Program-made: the position numbers and the translations under genes
Assembly: GCF_006345805.1 (NCBI RefSeq)
Contig: NC_042997.1
Location: forward strand, 96,038,001 to 96,102,000
Length of the DNA stretch: 64,000 nucleotides
Source of the DNA: Octopus sinensis
Taxonomy: Eukaryota
Reading direction: 5' to 3'
The notes under the pieces: generated by a model
What the model was told of the DNA's origin: nothing
The model's database searches: none
The model's input: the letters and a program-made list of their open reading frames with translations, nothing else
Shown here: piece by piece, positions 40,951 through 53,479 of the stretch
Position numbering within the stretch: position 1 is the first letter of the stretch
Layout: every line of letters starts with the position of its first letter

Positions 40951-41384
40951 ATATATTTGTAACAAAGAAGTTTGAAAACGCCACTATATTAGATCAATTT
41001 TGATTTTCTTATGAATTTTCCATGTTTCGGTTCTTGAAAAAAACGAACCTTATCGAAAATATTATAAAAAGTAAAGTGTAATAGAAAAATTCATAATTGT
41101 TTCTTACTGGTCTCAATAGAGTCCATGTGGTGGTGTTTTGTCGGTAGTAGGTACAATAGCTATAAATTTCAAGTTGAGTGTAGTAAAGAAGTTCATTATT
41201 GTTTCTGAAATTGATTCTATTGAGACCAGTAAGAAACAATTATGAACTTTTCTATTACACTTTACTTTTTATAATATTTTTGATATGGTTCGTTTTTCAA
41301 GAACCGAAACATGTAAAATTCATAAGAAAATCAAAATTTATCTAATATAGTGGCGTTTTCAAACTTCTTTTTTACAAATATATA
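40951..41384. mobile_element. MITE/foldback element with about 170-bp terminal inverted repeats
   Basis: 40951-41120 is the reverse complement of 41216-41384; 95-bp spacer; TA-rich flanks. Confidence 0.85.
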
Positions 41385-41388
41385 TATA

Positions 41389-41442
<54 letters not shown>

Positions 41443-41464
41443 ATATATATATATATATATGTAT

Positions 41465-41945
41465 ATATCAGGGGTGTAGTCAAGGACAAGTCATACCATT
41501 TACAGAGACACACAACCCATGTCACCAGAATATCTTCAACATTGCCAAAGCAAACCTACCGTAATTACTCTATCTAATGAATTAAAATATGTAATCACAG
41601 ACCGAGTTATGGTTCTTATAAAAGACAACCTAAAAACTCGAACCAATTATTAACAAATGCAAAGTTTGACCACAGCGAACAAGACGAACTATTCACTGTA
41701 ACAAAATGCAATGATAGCCGAGGTGGCACATGCCAATTCATACACACCGGCCACTATATGAACACAAAAACCGGAAAATATTCACAAACGCAAATATGAA
41801 CTGCAAAAGCAGAAATTTAATTTAATTTACTGCATCAAATGCCCGAATTGTGAAGAACTATATATGTGTCAGACTGGAAATGCACTATAAGAACGTTAAC
41901 GTATTCACCGACAGCAAATTAGAGACCCTGATGTCCGTCAGACAT
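41465..41945 (+). mobile_element. Degenerate Penelope-like GIY-YIG fragment
   Basis: THNPCHQNIF, KRQPKNSNQLLTNAK, IYCIKCPNCEELYMCQTG...IHRQQIRDP in shifting frames. Confidence 0.75.
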
Positions 41946-42665
41946 TTCACTGTCTGAGTGAATCCGAGAAAAAAATCAGAAAAAAGAGCGTTATTAATAA
42001 ATTGCAACCCAAGCTAAATAAATGATAATAATGATACTTAGAGATACGATTTCTACCGCTACAACCACTACCACTAACAACAACGACAACAGCAATACTA
42101 CAAGTTCCATGATGACGATAGCAGGCAAACACTAGCTAAGTCACGAGAAAGGTCAGTAAAATAGTCTTATCTTGTGTTTAAAGTTCTATTACCACAGCTA
42201 CTTTTTTTACAACATTCCTAAAAAGAACCAATGCTTTGGATAAGATCTCTTCGCATGTTCAACAAACCGTGACACCAATCAACTCAAGTAAGTTAGTAAA
42301 GCCATATACTGATTCGTCAGAGAACAGTTTCCAAAGCGTAATATTCCGGGGTCTATACAAATATATTTAAGGCACACATTTTAGTTATCTCAATACAACT
42401 ATAAATTGTAAAACATATCTGTCAACTCTACTACATGAACGTGAAGATTGCATAGTTTAATGCATGAAAGTACTAGTTCAATCAGAATGGACATTTAATA
42501 TTCTAGTTTTTCATTATATTATATTATATTATATTATATTATATCATATTATATTGTTATAAGATTGTAAATCGAACGTGTAAATGAGATGAAGTTGGAA
42601 TTTCCTTTGAGTAAAATATTCTATACACAATCATACACATACGCGTATGTATGTATGCATGTATG

Positions 42666-42720
<55 letters not shown>

Positions 42721-42753
42721 CTATGTATGTATACTCTTTTATGTATGTATGTA

Positions 42754-43145
42754 TACTCTTTTACTCTTTTACTTATTTCAGTCATTTGAGTGTAGCCATG
42801 CTGGAGCACCGCCTTTAGTTGAGCAAATCGAGCCCAGCACTTATTCTTTGTAAGCCTAGTACTTATTCTATCGGTCTCTTTTGCTGTTTACGGGGATGTA
42901 AACACACCAGCATCGGCGATGTTGGGGAGGCAAACACAGACACACAAACATGTACATACACGTACATATATATACATATATACGACAGGCTTCTTTCAGT
43001 TTCCGTCTACCAAATCCACTCACAAGGGTTTGGTTGGCCCGAGGCTATAGCAGAAAACACTTCACCAAGTTGCCACGCAGTGGGACTGAAACCGGAACCA
43101 TGTGGTTGGTAAGCAAGCTACTTACCACACGGCCACTCCTGCACC
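42754..43145 (-). mobile_element. SINE family Y
   Basis: Head GCACC/GGCCACTCCT; (TACTCTTT)2 tail. Confidence 0.85.
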
Positions 43146-43183
<38 letters not shown>

Positions 43184-43201
43184 ATATATAATATATATAT
43201 A

Positions 43202-43284
<83 letters not shown>

Positions 43285-43744
43285 AAAGAATAAATTAGGA
43301 TAAGTATTCCCTCATACAGCACAAATTAATTAGCGCTCGTATAGAGCCGCCCCAGGAATATAATCTCAAGAGAGTGTGTGTGTGAGAGAGAGAACAAATT
43401 TCAAAGGTCAGTGTTCATATTTCTCTCAGTATATTTCAAAGCGTCAGATATTCCACAGTATATATTAGTGCATTCATATACACAACATATTATATAGAAA
43501 TTTATAAATATATAAAAATACGTAAATGTGCCTTCGGGGTGTATGTCTTCATAGAATTCAAAGAGGATATTAAAATATGCAGATGGTGAATGTATAGCGG
43601 TAATCCAAACAGATGAGAAAGTTGGTATAAAATGATTTTAAAAAGAATCTTATATGTGTGTGTGTGTGTGTGTGTGCGCGTGCGTGCGTGTGTGTGTGCG
43701 TGCGCGCGCGTGTGCGTGTGTGTATGTATATCTATTTATATATA

Positions 43745-43777
<33 letters not shown>

Positions 43778-43800
43778 TCATATTATATATATGTATATAT

Positions 43801-43852
<52 letters not shown>

Positions 43853-43854
<2 letters not shown>

Positions 43855-44218
43855 CGCAGGAGTGGCTGTGTGGTAAGTAGCTTGCTAACCAACCACACGG
43901 TTGCGGGTTCAGTCCCACTGCGTGGCATCTTGGGCAAGTGTCTTCTGCTATAGCCCCGGGCCGACCAATGCCTTGTGAGTGGATTTTGTAGAAGGAAACT
44001 GAAAGAAGCATGTCGTATATATGTATATATATATGTATGCGTGTGTTTGTGTGTCTGTGTTTGTCCCCCTAGCATTGCTTGACAACCGATGCTGGTGTGT
44101 TTAGGTCCCCGTCACTTAGCGGTTCGGCAAAAAGAGACCGATAGAATAAGTACTAAAAGGTGGTGCTCCAGCATGGCCGCAGTCAAATGACTGAAACAAG
44201 TAAAAGAGTAAAAGAGTA
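43853..44218 (+). mobile_element. SINE family Y
   Basis: GGCGCAGGAGTGGCTGTGTGGTAAG A-box-like start, GGTTCAGTCCC B box, CTTGGGCAAGTGTC centre, (TAAAAGAG)2 tail. Confidence 0.85.
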
Positions 44219-46336
44219 TATATATATATATATTCACATGTATATATATACATTTTATATGTTAAGACCAAGCGTATTTATTTGTATCATTATCTCAATT
44301 GAGTCTCTCGATATAAGGATGCAAAAAAAAATATTATAGGCAAACATACATGCATACATAGTATATTTCAACTCAGGAAACAGTGAGATCATTTATCAGA
44401 CTCAATTCACTCTCAGAAATATCTGACATTTGGTCTCCCCATTGCTTATGATATCTCATATGGTTCCTGATGCTTGAAAGAGCTCAACAAATCATTCCAC
44501 ACCCTTTACAAATTAGCTTTCGGTTAGCAGCCTGACCACCTGGATGATGGGACCTTGTTTGTGGAGTGAGTCCATTGACCCAATCACACACTCTAGTATA
44601 CAAGCTGCAAGATAGAACAAACTGGAACACTGGTACACGGGAGCAAACCCTTGGCTATGCTTGTGGCTGAGTAGGTCTGCTTTTCAGAGGCAAACATGAT
44701 TACACGTAACAGAGTTTTTCGTGCCTTTCGCAGGGAAAGGGCTCACATCCTACATATATCAAGAATTACCTTTTAACTTATATGCATACGCATATCTACA
44801 TTTCTCGAATTCTTTAGCTCCAGTAGCAATCAGGTCCCTCCACGTCTCTCTGAATTATAGGAGATCTTTCCTTTGGTAGTATCAATACTAATCTCTTTTT
44901 AAGAGTGTCTTTTATATTCCTTTTAAAACGCTTGCAGAATTTGCACTGGGAACGCTTTGCTTCAGTTATCTCCCCACACAGCACCTGTTTTAGGCATGCG
45001 AGCATCCTCTACTTGGACAAGATGACCACAACATCTATGATTGTATTTTATAATCATGGGCTTGACACATCAGTGATCTTGTATCAATTACATGAGATCT
45101 CTACGAGGTCATTAGAATATTTGGCCGAATCGCAACCACATCCTCGATTCAAAGTCTCCAAAAGCGTCACCGACATTAGAAAGTATATAGCTGATCTCGT
45201 TTAATATATTAAATTTATATTGTTTGCTAGCAAGTTATACAAACAAATCCCTGACTTCTAACGTTTCACCCTTGGCGTATATCGATGGTGGGATATATGG
45301 CTTACCTAGCTCTGGATGTAGAATGACTACGGTCTTAAAAATCTTTTTGTAAGTTCATAGTCAAGCAGTCCATCAAAAACTGCAAGGTCTCTTTCAGTGA
45401 GTGTTACGAGATCGCAATATTCAGTGTAAACAACTTATACATACATACAAGCATACACATATACATTCATACAAGTTGTAATATACGTCGTTGCACAGCA
45501 CTTTATTGACGAAGACAAAATCCTTTTCCTATTTACTATAACTACAGACACTTGAAACATATAATGATAAACAAAAGATAAAATGGAAATATGCTAAATT
45601 ATCATTTCGAAGAATCCTAAAATTACACATGAAAGATTTCTGTTTTATGATCAGTCGTAATAAGACAGAAACGTATATATGAAGTGTTCTTCGATCGCGT
45701 CATTTTTTCTCGTGGGGTATATCCTACACCTCTAATATCACCATTAGATTTGGCTTTTGAACAGAATATAAAACGTTTTTATATTCTACAATTATTAATG
45801 CCGCTTCTAGGTAGCTGTGATTTGTTCAGTCGTTGATACTTGCCAGAAAAAGATCAACACATTTTTGCGTGTGAAGTAATCGAACTGTTGCAAAGAGATG
45901 ATTTGCAATTACCTCGCTATATAGTGTTGCAGTGAAAGGAAATAATGATGTCCCACGACAATTCAGTTTATGTCTGGCATGTGAAGCAAATGTCCTTTCG
46001 AACAAAGCTATAAATCACAAAATGCAGTTGAAAATAGCAAGAACTAGATAAAAATGAATACGTTGCTTCCATAAGATTGCTGATTTATTATCACGACCGA
46101 ATGATCTGTTAGTTCAAAGAATGTAAAATTTTGTCTTCGTTCTTTATAGAAAACAGTATTGTTTTAACATAAGGGACTAAAGCCATCTGAACATGGCTAG
46201 GGACAGGGCAGGGTGGTGGGGGTGTTACTGTTGCATTTAGCCCCAGGCGAACATCGACGTCGCTAGATAGGCTTGACACCGTCACGGTGTCCTTTAACCT
46301 GCAAAGGGAGATAATTCCCCGATGAAGCGGAAACCA

Positions 46337-46382
46337 CACACGGACCATGGTTTCAAGGTGTATTGCCTATCGTCAACGTGTG
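46337..46382 (-). ncRNA. Second copy of the same hammerhead motif (inverted arm)
   Basis: Reverse complement of 46721-46766 with no difference seen. Confidence 0.7.
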
Positions 46383-46720
46383 GTAGGCCTCCGCTTCCTC
46401 GACGAAATCTCACTCTGCAGGTTATTCATATATAGATTTTCAAGCAAAATACATTTGCTGATTTCGAAAATCTGTTCGACAGCAATAATAATTCTCTAAA
46501 AGAGATATAGACAGTAACTGCTCGATAACATAAGGGACTAAAGCCATCTGAATATGGCTAGGGACAGGGCAGGGTGGTGGGGGTGTTACTGTCTATATCT
46601 CTTTTAGAGAATTATTATTGCTGTCGAACAGATTTTCGAAATCAGCAAATGTATTTTGCTTGAAAATCTATATATGAATAACCTGCAGAGTGAGATTTCG
46701 TCGAGGAAGCGGAGGCCTAC

Positions 46721-46766
46721 CACACGTTGACGATAGGCAATACACCTTGAAACCATGGTCCGTGTG
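46721..46766 (+). ncRNA. Type I hammerhead ribozyme motif (variant core)
   Basis: CACACG-TTGACGA-TAGGCAATACACCTT-GAAA-C-CATG-GTC-CGTGTG. Helix I is 6 bp and extendable; helix III is the palindrome ACCATGGT; the core has C3U and a U.U pair at 10.1/11.1. Confidence 0.7.
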
Positions 46767-48516
46767 TGGTTTCCGCTTCATCGGGGAATTATCTCCCTTT
46801 GCAGGTTAAAGGACACCGTGACGGTGTCAAGCCTATCTAGCGACGTCGATGTTCGCCTGGGGCTAAATGCAACAGTAACACCCCCACCACCCTGCCCTGT
46901 CCCTAGCCATGTTCAGATGGCTTTAGTCCCTTATGTTATCGAGCAGTTACTGTCTATATCTCTTTTAGAGAATTATTATTAGTATTGTTTTAGTTTCATA
47001 GATATTAAAAATTCAAAAGATTGATAGTTCTTTATCCTGCCGAAAGGTAGATCCTCTTCTTGTGACCTGTAAAATGATCGAACTTGTTTCATTGACTTAC
47101 TCTAATGGACATCACTTGAATATTTATTCATAGTTACGCTTTCTTTCTAGTGGCACAAGCACTTGAATGGTTTTTCCTTGAGTGGTAATTATCTGTCGCA
47201 TTTATTTTTCACTTGATGCAGTCTACTTCCTCTTCTAAAAGCACTTCACTGTATCTTCTTAGTCAAATCCGTATTTCTGGTTTGCAAAAATGAGGTAAAT
47301 TTCATACACACACAAACATGTACTTCACCTTTCTTTTCATTTTCAAGCAGCAGAAATGTATCGTGGACTCTCTTTTGAACAGGAAATTCATTCAAGACTC
47401 GGTTTTATTACCACCGAAAATCTTTCCGATAACCCTAAAATAGGACAAGTCTTGCAAAATATGTTTGGCAATTAAAGGAGAATGACACCCGTCCTTTCAA
47501 TAACAGCTGGACAATTTTGGAAAAAGCACCACCATAAAAAACATAAAGCTTATAGAAGATCTATGAAGTGTAATCTTCACCACTCATTCTGTTCCAGGAT
47601 AAACATGCATTGAACTAGAAGACGCGAGCTCTTAAATTCCTGCAGTCAAGCTGCGAGATTTAAAATGTCAATCGAAAAAATAATGTATGGGTATAAATGT
47701 TTTGACTTTCGGAAATATTTCAACCTTCGCATTTGAATTTGGCTTTACAACTTATATATAGTTATTTTTGTATTATAATGCTACTAAGAAAGCCGTCGAC
47801 TGTTTTACAAATTTAAAATTATATATATTTATTTCTACATTTGTATGACTGTCTATATGTGTGTGTATTTGTACGTATGTTTGACTTATGTAAATATGCA
47901 TATCGTTTTATATATGTGCGTTTGCAATCTGAACGAAGTACCTAACATTCGTTAGATACGTTTTAGGAACGCTAACTTCCAAATCATCTTACCCTCTGCC
48001 TCTATCTATTTTTCTCTTTCTCTTTCTAATTTTCTGTTTCTTTTTCTTGTATTTCTTTTTACATCTTTTCGTTGTTTTCTTTCTCTCGCCTGTAACAACT
48101 AAGTTGTAATAAGCACACACCAGGAGATATTATGCGCATGCATGTGTGTGCGCGGATACATATATATGCATTTCTATATATTTATGTTTGGTCTATATTT
48201 GTCTGTATATATATATATATATGAAGCATATGCCAACGCTTGTATGTTTAGTGTATATATAGGTTGTTTGGTATCTGTATGTATTGCTAAGTATATATGT
48301 ATTTTAGGATGCTAGTTCTATGACAACAGTCTGGGTACTTAATTATCAGACCTCATATACACTTATACATGAATTATATAAATATCTGAATATTTATACA
48401 TAAATATATAAATATCTATATATTTATACATTAATATCTGTATATTTATACATGAATGTTCATCTGAATATTTTCAGCTCTTGTTTCTCTCTGCATATAT
48501 CCCTGCTTGAATTTGC

Positions 48517-48745
<229 letters not shown>

Positions 48746-51700
48746 ATATATCGAGCCCAAGCGCGTTTATTTGTTTATTTGCATATCTCCATATCAGCTC
48801 ACCGGCATTCTTCATATAGCCGCTTTCCACTACGGAGACTAAGTCCTCGATAAAGATTTTGGATTACAAGTTCAAACTATGTGAGCACTACATATTCTTT
48901 TGTACTTGAAGTGTATGTGGCTATTATCTGTTGACTATATTTGTCTATATTATGTATAAGTATATGCGTAAGTCTAAGTCCTGGGTTTGAATTTAAACAG
49001 CAACCAGTAGCGGGGACGCTGGTATGAGAGCACCAGAATATTCAAGACTGTTGAACCACTTCTTACTCACTCTTCCCGGATATGCTATGAGCTGGCGTAG
49101 CAGTACTTGTTAGGGTCCCAGCTATGGGTTGACTAGCATATAATGTACTGGGAGTGAAGGAATGCTAGTTCTCTTTAGGGAGTCCTTCTAAAAGATAATC
49201 CGGTATAAAAAAGCTTGAAATGCATTTGGTTTTAGTCGTCTCAGCCTATGTTGTGCCACTGCTGCTATGGCAATGAAGAATGGTTTCACTGCTGTGCATT
49301 ATTTTATCCACTCAAAATGAATTCACGCACAGAAACTTCCTGGACTCTTGGAACTTTTGCATTGACTTATCGAGAATAGGAAGTGGTCTTACTCGGTTAT
49401 GACTGGACGTCCACCAAAATAAGTTTAATTTTGATTCTATCAGCATGTATACTTGCAATTTCCCGCGCAGGCATCTTTGAAACGCCGTATTTCAACATAG
49501 TTGAACCCAGATATATATGAATATAAAATAAATTCCTTGGATTGTTATCTGGATTATATCACTAATTCTGGATTATATCACAGATAATTATCACTAATTC
49601 GTTATCGCCATCGTTCTCTCGTATTTTTGCTTCGATCCAACACCGATAAAAGAATAGTGAGTTGGTTTTTCCAGCTCCTTCTGTGATGAAACACAAGGGT
49701 TTTGCGATCAACTGGGCCTGATGATTCATATTATTATTGTAAGAATCATCATTATGTAATGTATCTATTTAAAATTTTTGGCACAATCTAAGAGTAAGAG
49801 GTAAAGCAACAACATTGATTCCAATTACAGTTTCTAGATTAAGTAACACCCTAATAATTATATACATATACATATTATTTTTGTATGTTATTACAAAAGC
49901 GAAAGATTGTTTTCGACATGAACAAGTTTGGTTTAATATTATTTGAGATATATAGAAATAAGCTTCGATAGTTGTAGATTCTACTTTATTATTTTGTCTG
50001 TTATAATTTTGTTGTTTTTTAATAATAATTGATATGTAGTTGAATGGCTAACGCTCACGTTCATAATACATAAGCATTTGAATTATTTTTTTTTACAATC
50101 CAGCCGTCCTTTCTCACAGAATTTCGTCAATCCTCAAACCATTGGCTCTAATGACGCTTATATAAAGAAATTAAATTGTTTATATATCAAAAAATATATA
50201 AAAGACGAAACAAATTGTTGATTTTTTTTTGTTTTTTAATAATTGTTTATGTTATGTTATTTTATATTATATTATATTCAGAGAATAGTATGTTATATTA
50301 TAATATAAATTAATTATTGGATTGTATATTTTATCTCTATTTCATTTATCGTTTATATCAGTAAATATATATTCACATGCTCACACGCTTATACACATAA
50401 GCCAACACATATTCGTATTACTGTACGTATGTATATATTCTTATGTGTGTGTTTGTATGTGTGTATGTGTGTGTGCGTTGAGTGTGTGTGTTGTCATATG
50501 TATGTGTTTGCGTATCATTTTATGGACCTATATTTTAGAAATTAATCAAATATCTGCTTAGGTGTAAGCTTTAGATCTTTGCTACACAAGACCTAAATAT
50601 TTTTCCAAGTTCGTTATTGATTGATATCACTCTGTTTAATGGCTTAACAAATGTCACAGTATAGACCATTGTTGTAAATACCTTTGTTATCCTAAACGCA
50701 TCTCAAACACAATCGGCATTACTTGCATTCTTAAAAAATACAATTACTGTTAGTAATAGCTGTCTGTGTTAAATGCTCTAAAACCATACATGCTTTGTAT
50801 TTATTTTTCTCTCACTTAGGAAGAGCAGTGGATATATGAACGCTATTTACTTTAATAGAACATAGCTAGCATTGTCATAAATTATATACAATTTTAAGCA
50901 AAGAATAATTGTTGTATTGATTCTTAGAAAAAAAATCAAAAGAACATGTTTCAAAAAACCATTCGATTATTTATTTTCAATTACATTTCTCTATTGAAAG
51001 CCTTGAAATACATGGGATTGAAAAATGCGTCTACAATGCATTTTTGTAAATATACTGAATGCATCGTAAGTGTAGAGGTGAATAATATATATTGCTGCAT
51101 TTTTCAATTCATTTAATCGATAACATCCAATCTTTTTATATTTTTTTTTATGTGGATATGTCTAATGATTCTTGATTTTGTTTAAACCTCACTCAGAATT
51201 GATTAGGATAGCATACAGTTAAATGCACTACAGCGAAGAGGGCCATCTCCTTTGTTTTGTGTACTGGAAAGGCTATTTTCAAGACATCTTTATTTAGGTT
51301 GGTAGGGCGTGGTTTAAAGTGCATTTTAATGTCATTTCTAGCAGAGCAGTTTACCAACTTGAAGTTCTTTCTTTGGTTCGTATTGTGCAGGTAGATAAAT
51401 TCGATCATTCTCTTTCAGATATTCAAAATCAATCGTAACGTTTGAAACTCTATTAAACTTCTCTTTTCCAGTCATATAGAATATAGAACATTAATGGGAC
51501 CGTGGTTCTAGAAACTTGTATTTTCTTTTTAATTTCCTCAAACACTCTCTATTAAATGACAGCCGGTATCAATACTGGCCGCTTGCTCACTCGCTTATAT
51601 TTCCTAGTCAAACTTTACGTAATATATATAGAGAGGGACAGATCATTGAAAGACTTAAAATAGAAGCAGGTTGAGTGTACACACTAGGCAATGAATAAAG

Positions 51701-51916
51701 TAAGGCTTCGCACACAGAAGCACATTCAGAATAAAAGAGGTAGAGACAGAAGACGACAGAGATGACGTTGAAGATGAGGAGGGATGGGGAGGAGGGGGAG
51801 GCGGAGCGGGAGCAAATGACTGAGTAATACTTTTCAAAAATAATAGTCATGTCCTCGTCTTGTATACGTGCAACGAACTTTCATGTAAGTTACATTATTA
51901 TTATCATTGTCAAAAC

Positions 51917-52130
51917 GATGATCTGGCAGAATCGTTAGCATACTGGACGAAATGTCTAGCGGTATTTTACCCGTCGCTACGTTCTGAGTTCAAATTCCGT
52001 CGAAGTCGACTTTTCCTTTCATCTTTTCGGGACGATTAAATAAGTACCAGTTGAACACCGGGGTCGATGTAATCGACTCATCCCCTCCCCCAAAATTTCT
52101 GCCCTTGTGGCGAGATTTGTAACCATTATT
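51917..52130 (+). mobile_element. SINE family X
   Basis: CTGGCAGAATCGTTAGC...GAGTTCAAATTCC...GTCGACTTT core. Confidence 0.85.
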
Positions 52131-52625
52131 ATTGTTGTTGTTTTTGATGTTGTATGTATGTATGTATGTATGACTTATATGTATGATTTATTCTGTGATA
52201 TTTCTCATAGTGACAAAAGTACGCTTCTAAATTTACCGGTAAGATAACAGGTATACACATAAAATCATTATATTATATATTAGGTTATATATATGAAGGA
52301 GGAGTTATATTCGTCTCGTTAAATTTCAGCGATATAGTATGCATATCAATCTCTATGTTCTCTTCAAAAACATATATCGTTGCACCTTCTCGAATGAAAC
52401 GCACAAACACTATGGTGGACTACGTATCATTAAACACTTCGTGAATCCTGCATTAGTCACCACAGATTTCCGAAAATGGATAGTCCCTTGAGGTGTTTAC
52501 ACACTCCAATATATGTATGCTTATGTTGTTACGATGATGTAAACTATTATCATACTGCTGGAAAAAATAACATAACAGTTTCCGTTATAACGTACGTTGT
52601 ATTTAAAACTTGAACTGAAGATATA

Positions 52626-53479
52626 TTGGGTCATCTCATAAATAATGCGTTTTTTATTATATTTGTTTTATTTTTCAAAATTAAGATAAACAAAGTTCTT
52701 TTTTAATCTAAATATACTCTCCTTCATTATCCATCTATCTTGTAGATTTACAAAGCCTCTCTTCCAAAATTCACTTGTTTGTGACGAAAAATACTCCCCC
52801 AGTAGAGTTCTGACTTCGTCTATAGAATTCATATTTTTTCCGTCTAAATGATTTTGAAGACTGCAGAACAAATCATAAGATGGGGCAATGTCCGGCGATT
52901 ACGGTGGGTGGGCATCATTTCCCATCCAAACTGCTCCACCCTTTGATATGACATCCTCGCTCTATGTGGCTCAGCAAGTACAGCTTTCGTGTTGAAAACA
53001 AAGTGGTCGTTCTTTCTTCTACCGCTGACTTGAACGACTCGTTGAATGACCAAATCCAAGCTTCTTGGCTAGTCCGTCAACAGTTACGATGGGATGTTGT
53101 TCCACCAGGATTTACAGGATGTCCTCGTCGAACTCAACAGATCTTCCAGGACGTGGCTCATATTGTAGGTAGTAGCATGCAGATTGAAATTTCTGGAACC
53201 ACCGTTGACACTGGATTACGTTTATTGTCCAAACCCCATATACTGTATTAATGTTCCGTTGCGTTATTGCCTTTATTGAACACATAAAGGAAAATATTCC
53301 GAATATACTTCCTTGTCACTTCCATTACAGCTTTGAAAAGATAGTTGTTAACATTGAACTGCACTCTTCAAAACTTGCACTAAGAATAAAAGTAAGTATG
53401 ATGCAAATAGTTTATTTCGTCCCCATCCGACTTTTGGTTCAAGCAATTGAAAAACCGCTTAATTCATGGGATGACCCAA
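52626..53479 (-). mobile_element. Internally deleted mariner element with both TIRs
   Basis: TIRs TTGGGTCATC(T/C)CAT..AT.A.GCG.TTTT at both ends, with TA on the left; the minus strand has a SPDIAPS-like motif, LFCSLQNHL...FWKRG...DRW and a WFQKF HTH remnant. Confidence 0.85.

Larger units (their letters stand above)
46167..46980. mobile_element. Retrozyme-like insertion: about 2.3 copies of a 361-bp monomer in inverted arrangement, with a 12-bp TSD
   Basis: Direct period 361 bp (TAACATAAGG at 46165 and 46526); 46585-46980 is the reverse-complement unit plus a 35-bp terminal repeat; AGTATTGTTTTA at 46155-46166 and 46981-46992. Confidence 0.85.

Noticed and set aside
44400-45300. Possible L1/Tx1 endonuclease relic
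   Set aside because: Only vague motif echoes across many stops; cannot be supported by eye.
46296-46420. Type III hammerhead reading (GAGATA...CCGATGA...GAAATCTC) on the antisense strand of the monomer
   Set aside because: No room for helix I and extra bases before GAAA; the pairing is the mirror of the sense-strand rod.
46165-46980. Repeat-spacer-repeat pattern suggesting a CRISPR array, and duplicated ORFs MVRVWFPLHRG
   Set aside because: The 'spacers' are the same sequence in inverted form and the context is eukaryotic. The ORFs have no recognisable domain and merely follow the repeat.
47000-47650. Coding-like minus-strand stretch next to the hammerhead insertion
   Set aside because: No consistent frame or recognisable motif.
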